Shown one piece after another: positions 12,323-23,802 of a stretch of 64,000 bases of DNA; positions within the stretch are counted from its first letter, which is position 1, and every line of letters starts with the position of its first letter. The DNA is taken from positions 744,001 through 808,000 of the forward strand of contig MU004183.1 in the NCBI GenBank assembly GCA_010093605.1, given 5' to 3'. A model generated the notes under the pieces. That model was given only the letters and a program-made list of their open reading frames with translations, ran no database searches and had not been told where the DNA came from. Made by a program: the position numbers and the translations under genes. Origin of the DNA: Lophium mytilinum. Its lineage: Eukaryota.

Positions 12323-12735
12323 GATGTGTTTGATAATCAAACATAATCAACACACGCAGTGTTTTCTCGAATGAAAATGCATTTCGTAGTAGGTAACATC
12401 AGTTGAATGTATCACGTGACGTAAACACCTCAATCAAGCAACCGCTATCGACCGAGAAATCCAAACTGAAAGTTTAAGATGAGAAGACTAAGCTATTCAG
12501 ACAATAGCACGCAGAGGACTTGTCACATCACTCCGAAAGTAAAATGGAAGAAGCACCGCCGCGGTTGATCCGCGGTCTTAGCGGGAATGCCTCAACACCA
12601 ACCACCAACGTTGGACATGCGCCACGAAACATCGCGAAGTCTGCCGTCTTTCACCCCACCACTCCAGACCACGCCCACGCTGCCTACACACCCTTCGGAA
12701 AGTTTGCCGTACAGGATCACAAGCACTTGACCAAG

Positions 12736-15162
12736 ATGGTGGTGAAGAAATCGGGGAAAGCCCTTCTAAGGGAAGAAGGTTGGAGTAGCTTCACGGTTCC
12801 TACAGCATTGCCCGCTAACAACCACATAGGCTTAGAAAGGACGGACAATGACCTGGACCTTACCTCGTGGCCTGTAGTGAATATGATCAACCAGAAAAAC
12901 TATTATACGTGAGTGGTATCTTGCGCCTGCTCTCTCTCTCTCTACAAATATTACAGCTTCTGACATTGCTGCGTCTGCAGAGAGTTCCTCAAGAGAGACG
13001 ACCAATTCCTTGCATATCGTAGCCAGAACGAAGAGGCTAGAAGTCGGATGATCAAGGAGGCTAGGGATAAGGACCGAGCACTTGCGCAGTCGAGTCGCGT
13101 GGGCGAGGATGGAGCAGTGGACGCAGTGGACGACCCGTCAACAGAAGAAGCCATTGCTGCGCTGGGCTCTAAGGAAGCATACGCCTCCAAGCTGATAGTC
13201 CTACACGTGGGTAGCCAGAACCTACGGATAGGACTGGGGACCGATGCACTGCCCAAGACAATGCCCATGGTGATTGCGAGGAAATGGAGGCAGAATGAAG
13301 CAGAAGAGAACGGCGGAGAACCCAAACCGAAGAGACTAAAACGGGACGAAGACTATACACAAGAGGATTCGGACAAAGCGTATGACAATTGGTTCGGGGA
13401 AGATGTAAGCCCCCTCCGCCATACAGTATCGCGACCAGCTTCTAATCATTCCAAACAGTTTGACAGCCAATATGCCACCATGGCTTCCGAATTGAGAGTG
13501 CGAATGCGAAACAACAAGCGGCGGGTATTACCGAACTCGAGGGAAGTTATTGCTAATTTCAACCGCAAATCGGTCCCAGACACAATAACAGAACACAATG
13601 ATCCAGACCGTGTGGACTGGACTGAGATCCCGCGAAATCCCAAAGAAGCGCCCGATTTCGTGATAGGCGAAGCCGCACTTCGCATTCCCGAAAAGTCGAT
13701 ACCACGCTACAAACTTTTCTGGCCCATACAATACGGCTGGTTCAACGAACAGGACTACACTACCAGGAACCAGCTTTACCACGATATTTCCCGCATTTTC
13801 GAAGAAGCCTTCAAGTCACAAATCGGTATCAAGGACCTCAAGGAGCTCGCAAATTACAATTGTGTATTCATAATACCCGATTTGTACGAGCGGACTTATG
13901 TCACCATGATGCTCGACATTCTCTTGCGTGATCTTGGGCTGGGCAAGGTCTGCCTACAACAAGAAAGCCTTTCGGCGACTTTTGGAGCTGGCTACTCGAT
14001 ATCTTGCATTGTTGACATTGGAGCCCAGAAGACCACCGTGTGCTGTGTCGACGAAGGATTGTGTCTGGAGGAGTCTAGAGTAAATGTCAAGTACGGTGGA
14101 GCCGACGTGTCTGAGACGTTTATGAGGATGTTGCTTCACGACAACTTTCCTTATTCCGACATAAACCTAAAACGGAGGTATGATTGGATATTGGCAGAAG
14201 AGTTAAAGCGCAAATTTGTCTCGATCAAGGATTCTGACGTCGTAGTGAGGACCTGGGAGTTCCACCTGCGAGCATCGGGTCAAGATACGAGAAAATACAT
14301 ATTTAAAACCTACGACGCAACAGCTCTGGCGCCCATGGTAAGTAGAATGACCTTTCCAAGATTGCTTCCTAGACTAAGTCATACGCAGGGATACTTCAAG
14401 CCCTCAATATTCGATCATTCCCAGAAGCTGAACAGACGACGCAATTTCATTCCTCGGTCTGTGGACTTGTATGACGGATCACCGAACGATCCGATATCAA
14501 TTGCCCAGATCGAAGTCGTCGATTTTGCAGCAGGAAAGTCAACCACCGAAAACGGTGCTCTGCCCGACGTTGCCAATGCAGCACAAGTCAACTCCACGCC
14601 TAGCAAAGAAAGGCCATTCAGCCTTCTAAGTCGCTTGAACGATGTAGAGCTAACCCCGAGATCCTCTGTCGCGGGATCACCCGGACCTGAAGGTACTCCG
14701 AATCCTGATAGAGACACGCCCGCCGCTGGAGATATCGACAAGCCGTCAATATTCCATGATCCTGTCCTCGAAAAAACCAAGGTTGCCGAAGAGCGTGACA
14801 AGGTCCTACCAATCATGCCCCTTGACCTTGCCATCATGACGTCTATCTCGCAGGGCGCGCGCGGTGACGACCGGAAGATGAGAGATTTCTTTGGTGGAAT
14901 CATGCTGATTGGAGGCGGCAGCAAGGTTCCTGGTGTAGGCGAATTCCTCGAGGAACGCCTGAGGGAGCTAAAACCCGGTTTTCAGAAGGAGATACTGGTC
15001 GGTCGCCCACCAAGGGAGATCGATGAACAGGTGCTGATCTGGAAGGGCGGGAGTGTCTTCGGAAAGCTGTCGTCCAGCGGCAACGACAGCTGGATCAGCC
15101 GTGGGGAATACGACATGCTTGGATCGAGGTTGCTGGTCAACAAATGCATGTTTGCATGGTAG
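12736..15162 (+). CDS. ARP8: Actin-related protein 8, INO80 complex subunit
   Basis: MVVKKSGKALLREEG|LERTDN..MINQKNYYT|EFLKRDDQF, IVLHVGSQNLRIG, CIVDIGAQKT, LIWKGGSVF. Introns 12779-12829 and 12909-12980, plus two probable in-frame introns near 13405 and 14338. Confidence 0.95.
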
Positions 15163-15521
15163 TCGCAGGTGGTCTATCGGCATAGGAGCCATTTGTAGTA
15201 GACTATCATAAGAGATGTGATTTATTGAATATCTCAACTATTGAACGAACGTATGGCAGTCGTACCTCTTCTGCTCTTCACTTAATCTCGCAATACGTCT
15301 TACTCTGTGTTACTGCTACTAACTAAATAGGATCGAGCTCCAGCGCAAAATGCTAGACTATCTCGATTAGAGGCAGCCTGGTACAGTGCACGTGATCAGA
15401 GAGCCGCCGAAGTAAACCCGCCCGAACGGGAACCGCAGTCTTTCACTAACGACGCGCATTTCACTTTCAAGAAAGATTCCAACAACCCAATTTGCCAACC
15501 GTTCAACCCTCATCCACCACC

Positions 15522-16936
15522 ATGGCGAACTCATCCAGTCGCCCGACTTACCATCAAGACTACATCGCGCGCATCCGATATTCAAACGCCCTACCGCCTC
15601 CACCATGTCCCCCGAAGCTCCTCGAGATTCCCAATACTGGCCTTGCGAGCGGCCAATACACATCAGCCGGCTTTGCCTCGCGCTTAGCACGAGAGCAGCC
15701 ATTGAACATTGAAGCAGATGCGGAGCTTGGTATGCCCATAGACCTCGTCGGTCTGCCGGGTGTCTTCGATGGCAATGAGAGCGGTTTGTGATCTCCAACT
15801 TCTAGCTACGAGGGCATCAAACTGACAACATATTAGCAATCCATTTCTTGGACACTCCACCAGTCCTCCATCCCCGCGACGCACTCCTCATCCGTCCTCT
15901 GGCTTCAATAGGGAAGCCCGCGTCCGGCGCAACCGGCGTCAGTTTCCTCAGACGAACCGAGTACATCACCTCCGCTGCGGGAGGCGGCTCGCGCTTCGAG
16001 TCCAGCAGCTCCAGCAACACGGTGCGAGCACGCAGCACCAAGCGGCGGCGCGCCGACATGTCCAAGGACGACCCCATCCACATCATTCGGTCCATTGCGA
16101 AGGGTTTCGATCTCGCATACCCCCAAGACGCCTACCTAGGCCCAGACTCCAGCGCCAACATCCGCGCCGCAGAGATCACGCCCGAGGAGCGGAAAGCTTG
16201 GAGGCAGCCCGTGCACCCGATGAAGCCCGACGTCAAGCTCCTCGACAGCTACCCCATCCTCCCAGACCTCAACGCGATCCCAGACGGCGGCGCGTACATG
16301 ATCCTGAAGTTCAACGCGTGCCCTGTGAAGGCGTCAGACAAGTACGACGAGCGCATCGACGTCGCCGTGCTGCGGCCGCTGGACCCCACGCCCGAGCTAC
16401 TCGAGCGCCTCAAGGCCCAGCAGGCCGAAGCTGAGGTCGATCCCTCGAGGCCGCCGCCGGAAGTGGAACGGGACTACGAGTTCTTCCTCCCCTCGAACGC
16501 GGACAAGGTACGCGGCATCAAGCGTAACTTCGGCGTCTTAGATCCCGACAATGTCGACTTCGACAACGACGACGAGCCGCCCACGTTCAGGTACGACCGG
16601 GTCCGAGCCTTTGAAACCCATAAGCAGAGCGGGGACGCGAACGACGCGTACAGCGAGCAGGTCGCGCTTGTGCTGCATGATCCGGATGCGCAGGAGCCGC
16701 AGCGCACCGAGCCGCTTCAGAAGGCCGCTTACTACTATCCGATCCGCATGCGTACGCTTATTCGGCCCCAGCGTCCTGGTATCGGGGGCAGGTTGCAGCA
16801 AAGCCAGTCTGGCGGTGAGCCTGAGGAGAAGGTTGATCAGCTCTTGCTCCGAGGCACGTCGCCAGCAGCGGAGAATGCGGAGGCGAGGGCAGAGTTTGTG
16901 GCGAAGTATGATATGCAGGTTCCAGTCGAGGGCTGA
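15522..16936 (+). CDS. PAF1: RNA polymerase II-associated factor Paf1
   Basis: HQDYIARIRYSNALPPPPCPPKLL..DAELGMPIDL and VSFLRRTEYI signature motifs; one intron near 15784-15836. Confidence 0.95.
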
Positions 16937-17480
16937 ACGCAGAACCTAGTGGAACGATCCGTCTATTTGATACTTTTGAGCATCCATCTTGGTGCATTGC
17001 GCTGGCGTAGGAATTGGAGACGGTCACTTGTCTGAAACTTTTACTCTACTTGAATGATACCACTTTCAGCCATCAGAGTCCTGGATATACAAGCTGCTGC
17101 GAGTATTGCTGAGAAGAGAATGAGAGTTTTATTTTGAGCTTCACGTGTGCAATTGTGAATATTTTAGTTATTTGAGTTTCTTGTATTGATTCTGAGCTCC
17201 ACTAAATGCAATCAGGATGGGATATCGAATCCAGCATCCGCTCCTCGCTAGCAATGCTGCCAAGAAAAAAGACTGCGGACAGAAAACCTCCAAAGCGCCA
17301 GATAATGCTATCCCAAACACCCTTTTATGCATGACGGCGACGACAAAAGGGAACCAAACAAGAACGCCTGTTCGCTGTGCCAGCAGCTCTAATGCACGCC
17401 CTCTACCGCGCCAGTAACGCGCTGATTACAACATCCCACCAGTTTTTTTCTCGCCTCTCTTCTCGCTCTCATACCCCCTT

Positions 17481-19277
17481 CTAACCCCTCGACCTCGCCC
17501 TCTTCCCGCGCCCACACTCCTTCCGACTCAGCGGCTCCTCGGGCATCACCCACCCCCTCAACCGCTTCGCCTCTCGCTTCTCCGACAAATTCGGCTTCGG
17601 CACCCACGCATCCTTCTCCAGACAGTTCTGCCGGCTCAGCGCCGCCGGCCCGCCGACATCCATGCGCCAGCTGCCCGACATGCCCGGCAGCGGGTTCTCC
17701 TTGGCCAGCATATGCAGATACCACAGCGCGAGGCCGGCTGTCATCTGCAGCGAGCCAGTCTCCGGGTGAACGCCATGCGTGCTGAGGCGGATCGGCGCCG
17801 AGAGCTCCAGATACCCGAAGATGGGGACAGCGGCGTTGGCGTTGACGGTGGTCGGGTCCGGGGTCGTGGCGGACGAGGGCCCGCCGCAGCGCACGACGAG
17901 CAGCTCGATCTCGGTCAGGATGAAGCCGTAGCGGCAGCCGTGCTCGCGCATGACGCGGTGCAGCTGCGCGAGGCCCTGAAGGTAGTGGACCTGCTTGTTG
18001 GGGGCCTCGGAGCGCATGCCCGTGTTCCACTGGTCGTAGGCTTTGACGAGCCCGACGACGCGGCCGCGGCCGTCGCCGAAGATGGTCTTTTCGTAGTCGG
18101 AGAGGTAGTTGGATACGAATTCGGGCTGTTGGCGGGAGCCGGGCGGGGAGGGGGTCGCGCGCATCATCATGTGCGTATTGCCTTGGGAGACTTTGAGCGC
18201 GGCGTTGACTTTGGCGGCGTAGTAGTCGCGGCAGAGGTCGTGTAGTTGGGACTCGGTTTCGGGTTGCATGTTGGGGCGGGTGGGGGTGGGAAGGGCGGTG
18301 GACGGGACATCGACGCTGAGGAGGGAGAGGAAACCAGGGACGGCGCTGATGGTTTGGATGTTGAAGTCGGTCCAGCTGCGGAGGTTGCGAATGTCCCACC
18401 AGAAGTGGGTGTGGATGCCGCGAGGGGGACTCGTGATACGACGGACGAGAGCCGGAGAGGGGTTGGATCCGGTCAGGTACTCGAGAAGGGTGGTCGTCTG
18501 TGTAGGCTGGGTGAACATCTCATACTGAAGCTCAGCCGCAAGCGGGTACTGAACAGCAGGTGCAGGAGAAAAGTCGGTAACTGAATACTCTGACGATATA
18601 GTCCGCGACATATGAGATACCTCATGAACCTCCGACGGGTATGTGGTTGGGAGAGCAGTGACGAGGTTCAATGCCGGTGGCGCAGCGCTGGAAGCAGTTA
18701 CGTAGCTGGGCATCTGGCGGTAGGTAGGATAGCCAAAGCGCCCAATCACAGACTCATCGACGCTTCCAGCGGAGCTAGAACGAGCGTGGCCGCGAATGGC
18801 GGACGCAGAGTGGGATCGTCCATGGGCGACCATGGAGGGACGTCGCGACGAGGGGGTGAAGGTAATAGGGGAATTAAGAGCCGAGTGGAAGGCAACATCA
18901 TAAGGAGAAGCCACCGTAGAGGCAGGAGAGTCAAGGCCGTTGTTAGGAGGGCTTGTTGCGCGACGTATTAAAGACTGTGGGCGCGAGTATGGGTTGAAGG
19001 TTGAGGCATAGCCAATGCTAGTGTTAGACGTCGTCCGGCGATGTCTAACGGGACCTCCGGTGGGCTCGGTGATTTGGTCTTGCGGTCTGACCTTGGGTAG
19101 GAGGAGAGGGCCATGCTGTCTGATGGGAGAGCGAGGCGGCGTAGTGGAAGAGGTGTTGACAGAGTCAGGTGACGAGTCGTGAGACATATAGGTGCCATCT
19201 GAAGAGTTGCGGCTGTGGGCACTGTTTGGGATGTAGGCAAAGGTCGCCGAGGGCGGCGTGGTTTGACGAGAGTACAT
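17481..19277 (-). CDS. Conserved ascomycete protein: S/P-rich disordered N-terminal half and a globular C-terminal domain resembling a degenerate PD-(D/E)xK fold
   Basis: 598-aa intronless ORF with strong codon bias; HFWWDIRNL, GRGRVVGLVK..QWNT, MREHGCRYGFILTEIELLVVR, LALWYLHMLA. Probable 5'-UTR intron at about 19299-19349. Confidence 0.85.
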   Translation of the reverse strand: MYSRQTTPPSATFAYIPNSAHSRNSSDGTYMSHDSSPDSVNTSSTTPPRSPIRQHGPLLLPKVRPQDQITEPTGGPVRHRRTTSNTSIGYASTFNPYSRPQSLIRRATSPPNNGLDSPASTVASPYDVAFHSALNSPITFTPSSRRPSMVAHGRSHSASAIRGHARSSSAGSVDESVIGRFGYPTYRQMPSYVTASSAAPPALNLVTALPTTYPSEVHEVSHMSRTISSEYSVTDFSPAPAVQYPLAAELQYEMFTQPTQTTTLLEYLTGSNPSPALVRRITSPPRGIHTHFWWDIRNLRSWTDFNIQTISAVPGFLSLLSVDVPSTALPTPTRPNMQPETESQLHDLCRDYYAAKVNAALKVSQGNTHMMMRATPSPPGSRQQPEFVSNYLSDYEKTIFGDGRGRVVGLVKAYDQWNTGMRSEAPNKQVHYLQGLAQLHRVMREHGCRYGFILTEIELLVVRCGGPSSATTPDPTTVNANAAVPIFGYLELSAPIRLSTHGVHPETGSLQMTAGLALWYLHMLAKENPLPGMSGSWRMDVGGPAALSRQNCLEKDAWVPKPNLSEKREAKRLRGWVMPEEPLSRKECGRGKRARSRG

Positions 19278-20994
19278 TGTGATGGGATTGCTGCCAGACT
19301 AAAGGGACCATGAGAAAGTGCACACGACGGGAGTGAGCCAATGACTTACGCAATGCTTCAGTGTAGTGTTTGAGTTTGAGGATTAGGAATATGGATTAAG
19401 TGGAGGCCGGCTCCGAGTGGACAAGGACAAGACTGGAAATGGAAATTGAAATGGAAATGGAAAGACAAATGAGACTCGTTGTCTCGTAAGGCAGACTCGC
19501 AAGATAAGTGATGGGGAGAAAGGCAGAGAGTGCGGCGAGGCTCTTACTTATCCTCAGGGAAATGAAGACCTGGCAGCCAAAGAATGTCGACGAGCAGGCG
19601 TTCGAGGCTAGCGGCACAACACGCTGAAACAACAGCACGAACGGCGGCCCGGCAGGCCCAAGGCGACTGTCACGACAGATCGGAGGCAGTGCGTGGTGCC
19701 ATCCCCAGATCGGGCGTGAAACGGAGCTCCCCCAACGACGGACACGCGGGTTTGGGCTAGCATTGGGGGTGCTCGGGCCTGAAACGACAGCTGTTCTTGC
19801 ACCTATGCGCTTAAGCCGTTGCAGCAGAGGCCAGAACGCATCGTGAGTGGCTGTATGGGGGAGTGGTCAGTCGGGGGGAGCATCCGGGTGCCAAGGTCTG
19901 GCGATGCGCTCTTGCAGGCGGCTGGCAAGATGAAACGGCGTCGGTCGGCGCCATGAAGTGGGCGCCCGTGGCGGTCATATTTTTGGGCCATGGGGAGATG
20001 CAGAGCGGTAGTTTCACGGGATCGCAGCGACTCAGCGTCGTGGAGTTGAGATTTGGCGGTTAGGTGTGGCGCCGTGCAATTGGACGAGCGAACCGACTCT
20101 CCCGCGCGCTGTGTGGCCAGCGCTGGGCCGATCCGTCTCGGCAGCAAGGAGCAGGCCACGGCTGGGCCTGTCGAAGCTTGGAGAGAACAAGCTGCAGCAA
20201 GCGTGCAGAACAGCGGCGGAGTCATCGACTGTCGTGGTCGTCATTGGACCAAAAAGCCCGCGGTTTCGAAACGGCTGCATATCGCAACGGTGACTCACAA
20301 CGACCTTCACGACTATAACACGTCCTGACGGAGCACCATCTTTTGACCGCTACAACGCGTGAACCGACGCGTCTGAAGCTGGAGCTTTCGGGGTCTCGCC
20401 GCTGCCCACATTGCAACACTCCTCAGTCCCTCAGCATTCGGCGCGGTGCCTCACTTCATGCGCTGCGTTGGCCTGAGAACCCGGCTCTTGTCCTTCCGAG
20501 TCTCCGCATGCGATGCCCGTCGTGGCAGCACCAGGCGCGCGTTGCGATTGGACCCCCCACACTCTGGGCCCAGCGGCTACTGAATGCTCGCTCTGACGTT
20601 GCAGCTGTTGACGCTGTGGTAGGGCTGTCGTTGGGATTTGCTTGCTGCTAAAAACAGCGCTTGAGCCTCACGATGCCCCCGACGTGGGCCATTTAGCGCC
20701 CGCAAGTGTTCCAAACAAAAATGCTTCCAAATATACCTCAAACCAGCCACGCGCCCTGTCCCTTAATGTCCCTAATCGGGACTTGCAATTGCCCCTAATT
20801 CCCGAATTTCCCGCAAGAGCCCCTAATACGTCTGGAAACGGCCATCGTCGCCGCCTGTGCCTCACCTCATTCTCAGGCCTCACCCTCGCTCAAGCTGGGT
20901 TACAGTGCCATTTCACTCTCACGACTCCTCCCCCTGGCATACGCGCCCGCCGATGGAAAAGAGCTCACTGACGTCGGCGCCGTGCCCATTTCTT

Positions 20995-22752
20995 TTACCG
21001 CTGGTGTAAATGAGGCTCCACCTGGTCCGCCCACCATTGCTTCCAGTCGACCACTTTGCGCTGCTTGCGTGCGTCTTCTGCCGCAAAGACGACCGCGTGA
21101 CTGAGGAATGCCTCGTCCAGGTCGCACCCAAGATACGTCCTCTGCGCCTCTGCTACCGACATGCCCTGGTTGTTGACCGCGTCCACTGCCTGGACGAATT
21201 GTTTAGCCAGTCCCTCATCTCCACCGCCATGGCCACCGCCAGTTTGCTTCGGGTTGTAGACCTTTGTCTCGCCCGTCTTAAAGTTGTGCACTTTGATGGT
21301 TGAGCTGTCGTACTCGATCTCGCCTTTGGTGCCGTATATCCTGCCGCGGCGCTCACATATCTTTTCTGTGAACGCAACCATGTGAAACTGTGCTGTCTTC
21401 GCCCCTCGACCTTTCAAGCTGCTCTTCCCGTTCTCGTCAGGTGTGGGGTCATCGTCCCAGGTAATGGTCACGCACTGGTCGTCGCAGACATCGTTGTCGG
21501 ACTCCCAAACGCAGCGGCCGAACCAAGGTCGTTTCTCAACCTCAGCGACTGGCGTATCCGCTGTGTAGTCCTCGCTCAGATTCTCCAAGAGCTTTTCCGT
21601 AGCCGGCTTCAACCCAGATGTGTTGTAGATATCTTCAATCTGGGGATTGACAATCTTGACCGGCCAGCCAGTGTTTCCGTGCCGTAATTGCTTCTCGAGA
21701 TAGATATTCTTAGCACTGTACTCACAGTCTGCCTCGACCGGGCATTTCAGACAGTTCGTGGCATCACCCGCAGCCTCAGGCTTCCGTGATTTGTTGAAGA
21801 ACTTCCGCGAACCTGTCGACGTGATGAATGACGGTAGATGGGGCGCTCGCGTGCTACCAGGCGGTGGCGAGCAGAGCATCCACATGATGAAGTCGAGATC
21901 GTGGCAGGACTTTGTGAGCAGCGATGGCGCTGTAGTGGACTCCTTGCGCCAATTGCCCCTGAAGACGTCAACGCTCCTTTCCTCTCACTCCGACCGCAGA
22001 ACAAAACAAAGAACAAAGACACGAGAAAATGACCACACCCACCTCACATAACTATGTGAAAAATGCCACCACCCCACTGGCTCCACATGCTCCATACTCA
22101 ACACCTCCCCCACAACCTCCTGCTCCAACACCAACCGCCTCAACAACATATTATGCGGCGAATACCTTAGCACATGACAGATCCCAAACACCTTCTCCCC
22201 CGCGCCATCCTTCAACGCATTCACAATCCCCACACAGCCCCCCAACCCCGTCCCAAGCGGCTTCTCACAAAGCACATGCACGCCCACCCCACTCACCCCC
22301 TCCACCACCTCCGTGTGCAGCTCGTCCAGCACACACACCAGCACCGCATCGACCCCCCTCTCGACTGCCTCCCCCGCCCGCTCCCGTTCCCCCCGCGCCC
22401 GCTCATACCGCACCCAGTCCCGCCAGTCGGCGAACTCGTGCTCCGGCAGCGGCTTGCCGTCGGCGCTGGGGTGGTTGGCTCCCGGGCCCCAGATGTAGCG
22501 GCTGCCGAGGTCGGCGCGCGCGTGAGGGAGCGGGTCCGCGACGCAGGCGATGACGGTGTTGGTGCTGTGGGTGAGGGCGGCGGCGTAGGCGTGGCCGCGC
22601 GAGCCGGCACCGATGATGAGCAGGCGGGGTGGGGAGGGGAAGGTAAGTTTTTGGGGGGTGGTGTCTTTCTGGGGGACGTCTTTTTGCGGGACGGGAGGGG
22701 GTTGCGAGGGGGTGGGGGGGGTGGAGGAGGGGTGTTTGAAGAATTTGCGCAT
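20995..22752 (-). CDS. Gfo/Idh/MocA family NAD(P)-dependent oxidoreductase
   Basis: LIIGAGSRG Rossmann motif, HVLCEKP, HVLRYSPHN, GWWHFSHSYVR|GNWR, LLTKSCHDLD; one intron near 21960-22043. Confidence 0.92.
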
Positions 22753-23802
22753 TTTGGGATGATGAGGGCTGGGGATGGGGTGGTGATTAATGAGATTGGG
22801 GGTCCCTGGGTACTGATCGCTGCGATGCGTTCGTTATCGGGTTGCGTGGAGGGGTATTTTAAGAGGTGACGTTGAAGTGGACGGACTTAGAGGTTGGTTT
22901 GGGTAGAACAATGAAAGGTTTTGAGGTTTGAAGCTGTCTGGAGTTGGATTTCGGGAAGTACAGGTAGTCTTCTACCTGCTCTGCTGTTCAGCCATCTAAA
23001 GCGGGGGATTTGCGGCGATGGGAGTGCGGAGTGTAACATCACGATAACAATTCAGGTTGCAGTTCAAAGTGTCGCTTGATTCGTCGATCGTCCTCCCCGC
23101 AGTACGGGAAGATTGAGAATCAGATCATCAGATACGAGAGGAAAGCAGACATATGTCGATGCCAAAGCTCGCTTTCATAATTTGATGGATAATGCTACCT
23201 AGCCTTGATATGACAACTTCGCGAATGAGAGGACGAGAGTTTCTCGGCATGAGTTGAGCAAATCAAAACTCAGCTTTTACATAGCGACTCGAGGAGTCAG
23301 CGCACGTGAATCTTCTGGTGTTGTCCTCCTCGAGTTCCAAAAACAACCCGGTCAAATTTAACTGATCTGTCTATATGCGGTCTTCGTTATGTTAAACATG
23401 TGTATAGTACCACCATAACCGACGAATGTCTAGTAGAATCGAGACGACGAGAGCTATAAGAGCAGCTGCCTCAAGTCGAGACAATGTTCCCAGCCCAGGT
23501 TCAGTCTGACTCCTCATGATCTAATTCGTGCAAGGATATCACCTAGAACTCAATATGTTGCCAAAATCATATCCACACTTATTCGCAAACGCTTAGGGTT
23601 GCACCATAGACGTTCCAAAACAAACACAAGATGCCGAATTCAATGAATCAAAGTTGAGCCATTACCCACCAACCGGCCGACTACTCAAGGGTAGGTGGAT
23701 ATCTAAACTGACACTCCGTCGCAACTGTCCGAGGTGACCCCATAACTTCTCCATAACGAAGACACAATGTCAAGTTCGGTGTAGTGGAATTCAAGCGACA
23801 TC

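Noticed and set aside
17389..18399. 336-aa Arg/Pro-rich ORF in an alternative frame
   Set aside because: Off-frame reading of a GC3-rich gene.
19300..20990. Many short overlapping ORFs in a GC-rich stretch
   Set aside because: No codon bias or protein motifs; best read as the promoter/5' region of the 19277 gene.
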